Shown one piece after another: positions 1-10,452 of a stretch of DNA of 64,000 bases (the stretch's first letter is position 1; every line of letters begins with the position of its first letter). This DNA comes from an uncultured delta proteobacterium (GTDB taxonomy: Bacteria; Desulfobacterota; Binatia; UBA9968): contig CAWJZV010000007.1 of the NCBI GenBank assembly GCA_963847445.1, positions 64,001 to 128,000 of the forward strand. Direction: 5' to 3'. A model generated the notes under the pieces. That model was not told where the DNA came from. It did not search any database and saw only the letters and a list, made by a program, of their open reading frames with translations. The translations under genes were made by a program, and so were the position numbers.

Positions 1-1344
1 ATCATTTCAGCTGAGCGTAAGCAAAAAGATCAACAGGCCGAAGCCCTGACTGAAATAAACATATCGGCGGTTTACCGCTCGTCCAGAGATCCCGTCTTGC
101 AAGCGAGATAAACCAGTGCCAGTGAAACAAACGCGCTGCTCCAGAACAAAATCGCGATGCTATCGTAGCGCCCGCGGATAATCTTGGGAAAGATCTCGGG
201 CGCGATCACCCCGGCGGCCGAGTAGATGAACAATGAACTTAAAACAACCCAGCTCGCGCCGAAGCCATAGCGGCAGGCGGTCTTGAGAATCGCTCAATAG
301 GCGACTCACGGCGACACCGAGCAAAATCGCCAGTGGTGGAAAGCTCGGCAAAATGTAATGCGGCAACTTGGACTTGGACATCGAGAAAAACAAGATCGGC
401 AAGATCGCCCACAAGATCAACCACAAGGTCCGATCGTCGAGCCGGCGGCGCCAATGATACTTTACCGTCGCCGGAAGCAGGAAGGTCCAAGGCAATAATC
501 CCAGCGGCACGACATAGAGGTAGAAGTACCAGGGACTGGAACGGTCAAACTTCTCAGTCGCAGAAACGGCCGAAATGCTCTTCCAAAAAATAGTAACGGA
601 GATAACCGGGATTATGCCGCTCGGCCAAAATATACCAAGGCATTACGATCAGGAGGAACAGCACAACGCCGGGAAACAAGCGTATCTTTCCCAAGACTCC
701 TCCAGCTGTTGCTAAGCAGGAGATAAAAGAAAACGATAAGACCCGGCACGACCAGACCGACAAGCCCCTTGGTTAGCGTCGCGGCGCCGAGAGCGCCGTA
801 TAAAATCGCACAGGTGGTCCAGTTAGCAGTCGAGCCTGGTGTCGTGGGCAGCGTGGTAAAAAGCGCACAATGCTAGCATGATGAAGGCGGTCAAAGTCAT
901 GTCGAAAATCACCAGGCGGGAGAAGACAAAATAACCCGCGCTGGTGACTAGAGCCAAGACGCTCCACCGGGCTTCCCATTCGCCCCACCAGTGGCGGACG
1001 AAGACGTAGACCATGACGATAGAGCCAAAGGCAGCCAGCGCCGATGGCAATCTAGCCGCCCATTCGGAAACGCCGAAGAGTTTGTAAGAAAGCGCAATCA
1101 GCCAATAAAAAAATATCGGCTTATCGAGCACGGCATGGAAGTTTTCATGGGGCGTGATCCAGTCGTTCAAGACGAGAATCTCGCGCGCCTTCTCGGCGTT
1201 GCGGCCTTCGTCGGGTTCAAACAAGACGGGCCCGCCGAGTCGATAAAACAGAATCAACAGGACAAAGCTGAACAATGCCCAGGGGAACCACCGATCGGCC
1301 GGAGATTGCTGGGCCGGGTCGCTGCCTTTACGTGAAATTGTCAT
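1..1344 (-). CDS. ArnT/PMT-like glycosyltransferase family 39 membrane protein (frameshifted, runs off window start)
   Basis: Pieces 823-1359, 554-763, 160-510 carry GT39 motifs: LFEPDEGRNAEKAREI, DKPIFFYWL, GVSEWAARLPSAL, FFSMSKSKLPHYILPSFPPLA. Confidence 0.85.
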
Positions 1345-1520
1345 TGATGCTGGAGGCACAGAATAACTGCGTAGCTTTCGCCGGTGAATTTACCTAACGC
1401 TGAACTTACCGGACTGTGCCAGATTATCAAGGTAAAGCGCGATCAAACGGTACCTCGAGTCGCCTGGTCGATGATCGATCGCAGAAATTGCGATCGACTG
1501 ATGGCCGCGCGATAACTGAA

Positions 1521-1549
1521 TTGACATCCCCAACCCCCTGGCGTAGCCT
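1521..1549 (+). promoter_or_regulatory. sigma70-type promoter of the repeat-protein/TonB-ExbBD operon
   Basis: TTGACA (1521-1526), 17-nt spacer, TAGCCT (1544-1549). A 9-bp inverted repeat TCGATCGCA-N5-TGCGATCGA lies at 1475-1497. Confidence 0.5.
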
Positions 1550-1579
1550 GACGATCGCCTGACGGATTGTAGATTTCCC

Positions 1580-2755
1580 ATGACGCGGTACTTCGCCATG
1601 ACCGCCAAATTTTTGCTGGTAACAGTGTTTCTGCTGCAATCAGCCCCGCCAACCTTCGGCCAGCAAGCCATCGCCAGCTTTTACTATGACGAGCGCGGCA
1701 GCGTCGTGCGCCAGGAGCAGGACACCAACGGCGACGGCAAAATGGATCGTTGGACTTATTACAATAAGCCAGGCCAGGTCGAAAGGGTGGAACAGGATCT
1801 CAACTTTGACGGCAAGGCCGACACCATCGCTTACTATGAATCGGGCCAGCCAGTGCGCCAAGAGGTCGCCAGTAAAAACGACGGCCAGATCGACACTTGG
1901 TATTTCTACGACGCGGCTGGCGAGATCGAACGGCGCGGCCAAGACCCGAGCCGTTCCGGCAAGGCGACGGTTTGGGTTTACTACCAGAACGGCCAAGCGG
2001 TGCGCAGCGAGGAAGATAGCAAATCAACGGGCAAGTCCAACCGCACCGTCCATTTGCGCGATGGCCAGATCAGCCACGTCGATGAAGACACCAACGGCGA
2101 CGGCAAGCCGGATAGTTTTTCGTATTATGAGAACGGCCAACTGGTGCGCAAGGAGTTGGACCGCAAGTTCAACGGCAAGATCGATCTCTGGGGTTACTAT
2201 CAAGGCAGCCGCTTGGTCAAACAAGAGGAAGATCTGCGCGGCGACGGCAAAGTGAGCCGGATCGTCTATTTTGACGGCGAGCAGGTTTTACGCCGGGAGG
2301 AGGACACCGGCCGGCGCGGCCGCATGGATATAATCGAGACTTTTGCTCAGGGCAAGGTCGTCAAACGGCTGCGCGACACCAAAGGCACCGGCAAATGGGA
2401 TATCGTTTACGAATTTGACAATAGCGAGCTCGTGCGCGAAGAGCGCGACACCGACGGCGATGGATTTTTCGATCTGAGGATTCTCTACGAAAAAGGCCGA
2501 ATCCGCGCCCAAGAAGCCGACACCAATGGCGACCGGCGCGTCGATGTCTGGGTGAATTTTACCAACGGCGAGCGAGTCGAACAGCTTGAAGATCTAAAGG
2601 CCGAGGGTAAGATAACCGCACGCTATGTTTTCGCAGGCGGACAGGTGATCAGTCAAGAAGCGGTCGCCGATGGCGAACCGCCGCGGGCGTCGCCCGCCTT
2701 CGGAACCGTTGCGGAAGAGCACCGGGCTATGGCGCTGACACCGCCGCCGGCGTAG
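1580..2755 (+). CDS. Exported repeat protein with about 13 units of roughly 24 aa built on D-x-N-x-D-G-K-x-D-x-W (CglC/GltK-like)
   Basis: Signal-peptide-like N-terminus; repeats DTNGDGKMDRW, DLNFDGKADTI, DTNGDGKPDSF, DRKFNGKIDLW, DTDGDGFFDLR, DTNGDRRVDVW, separated by YYxxGxLVRxE strands. Start may be 1598. Confidence 0.85.
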   Translation: MTRYFAMTAKFLLVTVFLLQSAPPTFGQQAIASFYYDERGSVVRQEQDTNGDGKMDRWTYYNKPGQVERVEQDLNFDGKADTIAYYESGQPVRQEVASKNDGQIDTWYFYDAAGEIERRGQDPSRSGKATVWVYYQNGQAVRSEEDSKSTGKSNRTVHLRDGQISHVDEDTNGDGKPDSFSYYENGQLVRKELDRKFNGKIDLWGYYQGSRLVKQEEDLRGDGKVSRIVYFDGEQVLRREEDTGRRGRMDIIETFAQGKVVKRLRDTKGTGKWDIVYEFDNSELVREERDTDGDGFFDLRILYEKGRIRAQEADTNGDRRVDVWVNFTNGERVEQLEDLKAEGKITARYVFAGGQVISQEAVADGEPPRASPAFGTVAEEHRAMALTPPPA

Positions 2756-2830
2756 GCTTTGAGAGCCCGCATTACCGGGTTGCCCAGGGACATTGAAATC
2801 TAGTAGGATCGTGTAGGTTGGCAAAGTTTA

Positions 2831-3952
2831 ATGAGAAGGCTCGCTGCATTCATAATATTAGGTCTCATCGCCCAGGGTTGCGAAACCGCGGTAACCCAGA
2901 ATCCGCCGGGTTCCGGGCAAGTTCCTGGCGCAACTGCCAACCCCCAACAGGCTAAAATCGACAATGATCGACGCTGGGCTCATGCGGTTGAGAGTGCTCA
3001 GAAAGCGGCCTTTCTCGGCGGCATTTTCGGCGGACCCTTCGGTGCGCCGGCAAGCATGGTCATGGGTGTGATCGGCTTCACCTACGGCATGTTTAGCGCC
3101 GATTCGAAGATCGCCGAAGAGAAGGCTCAAGCCCAGGTGCGCTATCAAAGGGAATCCGACAAAGACCGCGTCTTGGAAAGTGCCATCGAGCAGGAAATCG
3201 AACGTCAGCGCGCCTTGGAAAATCAGATTGCCGGAGTGACTGGGCAGCCGGTCAGCACGCAACCGGCGCGCCTGCCACCCCAAGTAAATCAACCGGCACC
3301 GGCCGTGTCGAATCCTCCGCCGCAGTCGGGTAATCCTGCTGGCGCCATCACGGTTGCCCGCACCAGCACCCCGCCGTCGCCGCCGCCGTTTCGCAATGTC
3401 GAAGTCCGCGATATCAACAATGACGGCGTGCCCGATATTTGGATTTACTACAATCCGCAGAAGCCAGGCGAGATTATCCGCCAGGAAGAAGCGACCAAGA
3501 ACGATGGTCGCGTCGATGCCTGGAGCTATTTCCAAGATGGCCAGATGGTCCGGCGCGATGTCGATCGTCGCGGCAGCGGTCGCCCCGACACCATTTATTA
3601 TTACGAGATGGATAAGATCGTCCGTGAAGAGCGCGACGAGACCGGACAAGGCCGCATGACCTATCGCGCAAGCTATCAGAACGGCCGCATTGAGAAAGTA
3701 GAGAAGGATTCCACCGGCCAAGGACGGACGGATCTATGGATCTTCTACGACATTTCTAGAGACGGAGAGATCGTTCTGAAAGAAGAGCGCGACTTAAACG
3801 GTGACGGCGTCGCCGATCTTTGGTCTTTCTACGATAACGGCAGGCTAGTGCGCCGGGATGTCAATGCTCCAGGACTGGAGATCCTGTCCAAACAAGATCA
3901 AGTGCCCCTGCCTACCAGCGAAATTAGACCTCTCGCGACTCCCGGCAGCTAA
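2831..3952 (+). CDS. Lipoprotein: glycine-zipper-like segment, coiled coil, Pro-rich linker, about 6 DxNxDGxxD repeats
   Basis: Lipobox-like LIAQG|C; AAFLGGIFGGPFGAPASMVMGVIG; DINNDGVPDIW ... DLNGDGVADLW. Confidence 0.85.
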   Translation: MRRLAAFIILGLIAQGCETAVTQNPPGSGQVPGATANPQQAKIDNDRRWAHAVESAQKAAFLGGIFGGPFGAPASMVMGVIGFTYGMFSADSKIAEEKAQAQVRYQRESDKDRVLESAIEQEIERQRALENQIAGVTGQPVSTQPARLPPQVNQPAPAVSNPPPQSGNPAGAITVARTSTPPSPPPFRNVEVRDINNDGVPDIWIYYNPQKPGEIIRQEEATKNDGRVDAWSYFQDGQMVRRDVDRRGSGRPDTIYYYEMDKIVREERDETGQGRMTYRASYQNGRIEKVEKDSTGQGRTDLWIFYDISRDGEIVLKEERDLNGDGVADLWSFYDNGRLVRRDVNAPGLEILSKQDQVPLPTSEIRPLATPGS

Positions 3953-3953
3953 A

Positions 3954-4974
3954 ATGACCTACGATTCCTCGTCAAGCGAAGATGCTGGGTTGCTATCGCT
4001 CTTCCGCAGCCCGTTTTTATTGCCGTCGTTGATCTTCCATGGGCTATTATTTCTCTTAGCTTTACGCACAGCGGCGCTGACGATCGTCAAGCCCGCCGCC
4101 GAAACGCCGATCTCTGTGCAACTGATGGAAGTGCGCACTGGTAGCTCGGAAACCAAGAGTATCGGTCCCGGCCAAGGCGCCGGCGGGCCGAAAACGATGC
4201 CCAAGCTTGGTCTGCCAATCCCGCCGCGGCAACAGACCGGCAAACTAGACAGCGGCACCGTCGAGAGCACCGCGCCGTCGACCAAATCAGAAGCCGCTCC
4301 AGAACCCAAAGCCGTCCCATTGCCAGGACCCAAAGTGCTCGCCACCGACAGCCGAGAAACGATCAATGCTAAGGAAACTTCGCCGGATTCTCTGGTGAGT
4401 TTGCCGACAAAGGCAGCGCCATCAAATCTCCCCGGTAGTACTGCCAGTGAACTGGCGCTCACTCAGCAAAGTCTCGCCGCGCTCAAGGGCAGCGGGGAAG
4501 GGCCAGGTATCAAAGCGTTGAAAGAAGGCGCGCAGGTTCCCGGTGCCTTAAAGGGTACGGGGAGCGGCGCCGCGCCCTATGGCGTGCCCGGTGGCACTAA
4601 AGGCGGAACTGGCATCGCCGGTGGCGGCACCGGGATAGGTAGCGGGGGTGGCAGCAGCACCGGCTTGAAAGGCATTCCGGCGGCTGATTTCAATAATTAT
4701 TTCAATCAACTCAAACGCCGGGTTGAGTCCGTGTGGAAATTCCCCGATGGCGTTTCCGGGTTGCAGAAAGGTCGGCGTGGTCTTTACCCTCGACCGCAGC
4801 GGCAAATTGATCAAAGCCGATGTCTTGGAATCGTCAGACCCGCGGCTCAACGCCGGCGCCGTGGAAGCGATGAAAAAAGCGTCGCCCTTCCCGCCCATTC
4901 CGGAGAGCTTGAAAGATCTCGCCAACGAACCGCTGCGCATGCAGTTTACCGTGACCGTTGGCATTCGCGGTTAG
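3954..4974 (+). CDS. TonB/TolA-family energy transducer (frameshift near 4770)
   Basis: N-terminal TM helix with S-x3-H (PSLIFHGLL), Pro/Gly-rich linker, TonB_C-type end (YFNQLKRRVESVW...VVFTLDRSG...ESSDPRLNAGAVEAMKKASPFPPIP). Confidence 0.85.
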
Positions 4975-5063
4975 TCCAGTCCTGGCGCGCGTTGTTCGTG
5001 GCGATTCGTTGAATTAGTTGTCATTTTCGTTCATCTTCGTTGGAGTAACCGGAAAGGTCTTCC

Positions 5064-5692
5064 ATGCAACCGCAAGGTCTGGATCTCGTAGCGATCATTA
5101 ATCAAGGCGCCATCGCCACCTATCCGCTGATCTTGTTGTCGATCATCAGCGTCACCGTCGTATTCGAACGGCTGTGGTCGCTGCGTAATCTTGAGCTCAA
5201 TGACTCTGCGGATCGCCGATTCCCTGCACGAACCGCTCAAGAAGGGCCAGCGCGATCTCGCCGTGGCGATCTGTAAGCAGAACTCGAACTCCCCGGCCGG
5301 CAGAATTTTTTTGAATATTCTCGAGTCACGAAAAGATCTCTCACCCGACCGAGCCAACAGCATCGCCACCGAGGCGATGTTCGAAGAAACCCAGAAGCTG
5401 AAAAAACATCTTATGGATCCTCGGCACCGTCGCCAGCAGCGCGCCGTTCATCGGCTTGTTGGGCACGGTTATCGGCATCATTCGCTCCTTCGAGAGCATG
5501 GCGGTCGCCGGCACCGGCGGGTTTGCGGTCGTCGCTGCGGGTATTTCCGAAGCCTTGGTCGCCACTGCGTTAGGTCTCGCGGTCGCCATCATCGCGGTAA
5601 TTTTTTACAACTATTTTCAGACCCGCATCGGCAGCTTGAATGCGCTTTTTCGCATCCAGGTCGGCAAGGTTCTCCAGAATGCCAGCCTTTAA
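5064..5692 (+). CDS. MotA/TolQ/ExbB proton channel protein (2 frameshifts)
   Basis: [20 protein letters not shown]; [25 protein letters not shown]; [17 protein letters not shown]. Confidence 0.92.
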
Positions 5693-5701
5693 GGTATTGC
5701 C

Positions 5702-6127
5702 ATGGCGATGACACCCCTGGGCGGCGGCGAGGACAACGGCGATATCGTTGCCGAGATCAATATCACGCCGCTCACCGATATCTTTCTCGTCTTGCTGATC
5801 ATTTTCATGATTACCAGCTCGGCGATGATCGAGTCCGGCGGCAAAGTGAATTTGCCCAAGGCGGTGGCGACCCAAACCGAAAGCCGCGGCACAACCGTGA
5901 CTTTGACACCGAAGAAAGAAATCTTTGTCAATCAAAAGAAGGTCAGCGAGGAAAGCTTAGAAAAAGCCCTTCAGGAAGCTCTCAATAATAACGCCAACAA
6001 GACCGTCATTCTCCGCGGCGATAAAGACGTCTTACTCGGCGAGACTGTCAAAGTGATGTCGATCATCAAGCGCGCCGGCGCCACCGAGATCGCCATCGCC
6101 GCCGAAGCCGAACGCAAGACGCGCTGA
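5702..6127 (+). CDS. ExbD/TolR family protein
   Basis: AEINITPLTDIFLVLLIIFMI with the conserved TM Asp; VILRGDK motif. Confidence 0.95.
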   Translation: MAMTPLGGGEDNGDIVAEINITPLTDIFLVLLIIFMITSSAMIESGGKVNLPKAVATQTESRGTTVTLTPKKEIFVNQKKVSEESLEKALQEALNNNANKTVILRGDKDVLLGETVKVMSIIKRAGATEIAIAAEAERKTR

Positions 6128-6160
6128 CAACGGTTAGCGGCGAATTTTTGAGTCGGAGAA

Positions 6161-7453
6161 TTAGCGCGGCGGACCTTCGTTGGACGGCGGTAATTGTTGC
6201 GGCCGGCGCAAGCCTTCTTGCCGCTGGCGCTCGACGTCTCGCTGAATCTCTTCTGGAGTTTTGCCCAATCTGCTCAACTTCTAACTTTAGCTTCTTCTCT
6301 CTTTCCAGAAAGATTTCGAGCTCCAAGGACTTCTGGGTTCCCGACTGGTAGAAGACAGATGATTGAAGCGCGGCTGTTCGAGCCGTCGCTGGAACGCGCC
6401 AGGACATCGATCTGATTCTTGCCCTCGACCACCGGCAATGCCGCCGCAAAAAAACCGTCCGCCGCCAGACGTAAGTTCGCCGCCTTCTGTCCCGAGGTTT
6501 GGTTAACGATCTGGACAAAGTCGACGCCGACGACGGAGATTTGATCCATAATCGCCAAGACATCAGCCGGGCGCGATAGCGGCGTGTAGGTGCCAGCCGC
6601 TCTCCTTGGCGATCCCTTGAACCGCCCAAGGAAAGTTGACGACCTCGTCGCCGAGGCCAAAGACGTGAATTTTAATGCCGGCGCGGCCGGCCAATCGTGC
6701 GGCGTTGACAGTGAGCTGGACATCGGTTTCGGCCACGCCCCGGCCGTCACCGGTCGGCAATGACGGTAAGCCGTCGGTCAAGAAAAACTGCGCTTTGATC
6801 GCATCTTGCCGTTTGGCGCTCTGGCCAAGTCCCAAAAGCTCAGCTGATGCCAAGGCGGATGCCTTCCACCATGTTGGTGCCGCCGTTGGGTCCGGCCCAA
6901 TAGACTTCATCGAGTACCCGGCGCACTTGCTCGAAATCATTCGTCAGCGGCTGAACCAAGCGCCCCTCCTTCGCGAAGGTGATGACTCCGACTCGGGTCG
7001 ATTGCGGATTCAACTGGGTCAGCAAACGGCGCGAAGCGACGACCTCAGCGCCAAGAATTGAATGACGTAAGTTGATCCGCGTTGATTCGAAGGTAGGGGC
7101 GCCCATTCCCATGCCGCGCCGCGAAATCGAGATCTGCGGTTGCAGGCTCGGCGCGCCGCCAAAGAGCATACTTATCCGGGAGTTCGGCTTGATTGGCAAA
7201 TTCGGCGCCGGCGGAGTTGACCGTACTCCCGGAAGTATCGAGAATTAAAAATATATCGACATTGGCCGAGCGTGACATTATCGCTCGCGACTTTGCCGCT
7301 AATCAGGATCGTTTTTTGGTCTTCGGCGATCTGCGAACCGTCTTTGGGCGAAAGGATTTGAATCTTAGGCTCGGCGGCCCGGCCCAGGCTCACCGTGGCA
7401 GCGAGGATAAAGGAAAGGGATAAAACAACCATTCGGGTCGATTTTTCGGTCAT
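6161..7453 (-). CDS. Exported VWA-domain protein with Ig-like flanking segments (several frameshifts)
   Basis: Signal-peptide-like N-terminus; MIDAS elements FLILDTSGST, GGTNMVEGI, FFLTDG; IKIHVFGLG; reconstructed C-terminus ...EGPPR* ends at 6161. Confidence 0.85.
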
Positions 7454-7571
7454 GCCATTCTTGCCCCCAGGGACTAAAACGCTAACACGAACCAGCTACC
7501 CTGTAAATGTCACCTGTGCCCCACGATCGAAACAGTACAACTGAGCGCGGCGCCGTGGTATAATCGGTGAC

Positions 7572-8351
7572 ATGATCATCAAGACAACCGCGACAGTGGC
7601 CCTGTTGATTGCGCTCTTCTGGATCAGCCAGTCCGAAGCGCAGTATGTTTTGATTTTAAATAACGGCCGGCAAATTTCCGTACAGGATTACCGTGAAGAA
7701 TCAGGAATGATCAAATTTCACGGGTTTGGCGGCGAGATCGGCATCAGCAAAAGTCAGGTCAAGGCGATTCGCAAGTCTGCCGAGACGGCTGACGAGGGAT
7801 TAACTATACCTGCTTCGATGCCGGAGCCCGTCAACACAGCGGATTCAAGTTCACCGCCTCCCTTGCCATCGGCGACAAGACCGGAACCACCGCTGTCGCC
7901 GGAAGAACAACGAGCTAAGGAAGAGCAGGATTATCAACAGAAACTAATCGACGTCAATGAACGACTAAAAGCGGCAAGGGATAGTTACTCCGAGACGATC
8001 CGTGGCACAACCAGTTCAGACCCGAGTCTGCTAACCACCGAAGCGCAGATGAAAGCGCGCCAAGACGACATCGTTTCGCGCGCGCTCGATGCGCAATACA
8101 AACCCAGCGATCCCACCGGGACGAGACTGGTAACACCGTCACCGTTTAGTACTCTCCCACCAACCATCGTCGATACCCGGCCCCCGCCCGAGGCTACGCC
8201 GCGTTACGACACCACCCTGCCGCAATATACGCCGCGGCAAAAAGAGCTCAGCGAGTTGCGCAGCCAGACCATCGATCTGGAGAAGGAACGAGATAGATTA
8301 ATCGACGAGATGAATAAGAAAAATTTTGGCAGCGGCAAGCTGTTTGAATAA
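7572..8351 (+). CDS. Exported hypothetical protein (small beta domain, Pro-rich linkers, coiled coils)
   Basis: 259-aa intact ORF with signal peptide ending SEA|QY. Confidence 0.7.
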   Translation: MIIKTTATVALLIALFWISQSEAQYVLILNNGRQISVQDYREESGMIKFHGFGGEIGISKSQVKAIRKSAETADEGLTIPASMPEPVNTADSSSPPPLPSATRPEPPLSPEEQRAKEEQDYQQKLIDVNERLKAARDSYSETIRGTTSSDPSLLTTEAQMKARQDDIVSRALDAQYKPSDPTGTRLVTPSPFSTLPPTIVDTRPPPEATPRYDTTLPQYTPRQKELSELRSQTIDLEKERDRLIDEMNKKNFGSGKLFE

Positions 8352-8363
8352 CATTTTTTTCGC

Positions 8364-8806
8364 CTAAAGGCCCGCCACGGCAGCACGCAATCCCAACAGA
8401 TAACTATCCAATCCGAATCCCGCGATTTGCCCGACCGCCACCTCGGCGATAAACGAGTGATGGCGAAATTGCTCACGCTTGTGAATGTTGGAAATATGAA
8501 TTTCGATGGTCGGTAATACCCACGGCGGAAATCGCATCGCGCATCGCCAGGCTCGTGTGGGTGTAGGCCGCCGGATTAATCACGAGGGCGGCGAACTTGC
8601 CGGCCGCTTGTTGAATCCAGGTGACCAATTCGCCTTCGTTATTGGATTGGCGAAAGTCGATTTCCACCGCCAACTCCTTGGCCAGGGCGCGCACTCGTTT
8701 TTCGATCTGCGCCAACGTTAATTTGCCGTAGATATCCGGCTGTCGAGTTCCCAAAAGATTTAAATTAGGTCCGTTGAGAATCAGAATTTTGGGTTTCTTT
8801 CGCCAT
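8364..8806 (-). CDS. aroQ: Type II 3-dehydroquinate dehydratase (frameshifted)
   Basis: [45 protein letters not shown]. Confidence 0.95.
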
Positions 8807-8825
8807 CGTTGATTCCCGCTTTCCG

Positions 8826-9924
8826 CTAGCCGTGGATAACTGTGACTACGCACCGAGCCCGCGCAAGATTTCGCTCGGCACCAACCAGTGAAATCGCGTT
8901 TTGCCGATCCCTTCGCACATCACGAACTTGATTTGCGCCGCCGGCTGCCTTCTTGTCGACTTCCATCGCTTGAATTAAGCCAGTCAGTGAAACATCGCCG
9001 GGGATCTCGCTTGGCAATCCGGCGTTCTCGATCAACTGAACGATGCGCTGCAAACTCTGAGCATCGCAAAAACCGTGGCGCGCCGATAGTAGCCGCAGCT
9101 TTAGCCATGCCGACTGCCACCGCCTCACCGTGGAGAAACTGGGTATAACCTGTGACCGCTTCCAAGGCGTGACCGATCGTGTGACCGAAGTTGAGCACGG
9201 CACGATAATCGTCTTCGCGCTCGTCGACTTCGACGACCCGCGCTTTGATGGCGCAGGAAGTCGCGATCGTCTCGATCAGTAAATCTTCATCGAGCCGCGC
9301 TAGCGCAGCGATTTCTTGCTCAAGCAGGCGAAAAAACTGAGCGTCTTCAATAACACCGTATTTAATCACTTCGGCCAGACCGGCGCAGAGTTCCCGGCGC
9401 GGCAGCGTGCGCAACACCGAGACATCGATCAACACCAGTCTCGGCTGATAAAAAGCACCGATGAGGTTCTTACCGTCGGCGTGGTTGACACCGGTCTTGC
9501 CGCCGACGCTGGAGTCAACTTGGGCCAACAACGTTGTCGGCACCTGGACATAGGGCACACCGCGCAAATAGGTCGCCGCGGCGAATCCTGCCATGTCGCC
9601 GACCACACCGCCGCCCAGCGCCAGCACGCAAGACTTGCGCTCGAAGCGTTGGGCGATCAGGCAGTCGTAAATGGTTTGAAGCGATTTGACAGTTTTGTAT
9701 TCCTCACCGTCAGGAATGAGCACTGGGATAACCGCGAATCCCGACTCCTCGAGCGCGTTGCCGACGGTATCGAGGTAAAGTTGGGCCACGGTTGGATTGG
9801 TCACCACCGCGACTTTGCCGCGCAATCCAGCTTGTTCGAGAAATTCGCCGATGCGTGGCAAATTACCCGCGCCGATATGGATCGGGTAAGAACGGTCGCC
9901 AAGATTGACATTTAAGCTTTGCAT
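8826..9924 (-). CDS. aroB: 3-dehydroquinate synthase (frameshifted near 3' end)
   Basis: [49 protein letters not shown]. Confidence 0.97.
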
Positions 9925-10450
9925 CGTTTTATCGAGACCTGTCCAACCGCTGCGACAATCTGGTCGACCACCTGTTCAAGCGTCAGTTCACTGGTATCGA
10001 CGGATGACATGAGCTTGAGCGTATTTATCGGCCCGGTGTGCCATCAGCTCTTCGATGCGCTCGCGCCGATTGGGTCCTTTGAGCAGCGGTCTCTTGGAGC
10101 TGTTACCCACTCGCGCCATGATTGTCTCCGTCGATGCGGTTAGGCAGACGAGCAGCGTTTTATCTTTGAGCAAGTGAAGACTTCTCCTCGTCCATCACCA
10201 CGCCGCCGCCGGTGGCGATCACATGTCCCGGCTGCTGCACCAAGTCGGCGAGCGTCTGTTTTTCCAATTCGCGAAAGTACGGCTCGCCTTTTAGCTCGAA
10301 GATTTCCCGAACCTTGAGGCCGGCACGCTTTTCGATCATGCGGTCGAGATCGATAAAGCGCCGGCGCAAACGTTTGGCCAGATTGCGCCCCACGGCGCTC
10401 TTGCCCACCGCCATGAAACCGATCAGCGCAATGTTTTGCAGGTCCGGCAA
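9912..10450 (-). CDS. aroK: Shikimate kinase (frameshifted)
   Basis: NIALIGFMAVGKSAVG P-loop, GEPYFRELE, VIATGGG, RPLL. Confidence 0.95.
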
Positions 10451-10452
10451 GT

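Noticed and set aside
1580-3952. Repeat proteins as RHS/YD toxins or MORN-type antitoxins
   Set aside because: Only a superficial YYDERG resemblance; no RHS core signature, toxin tip or immunity gene, and the repeats centre on DxNxDG loops.
3954-6127. Canonical tol-pal operon
   Set aside because: Order is transducer-ExbB-ExbD with no ybgC, tolB, pal or cpoB in the window.
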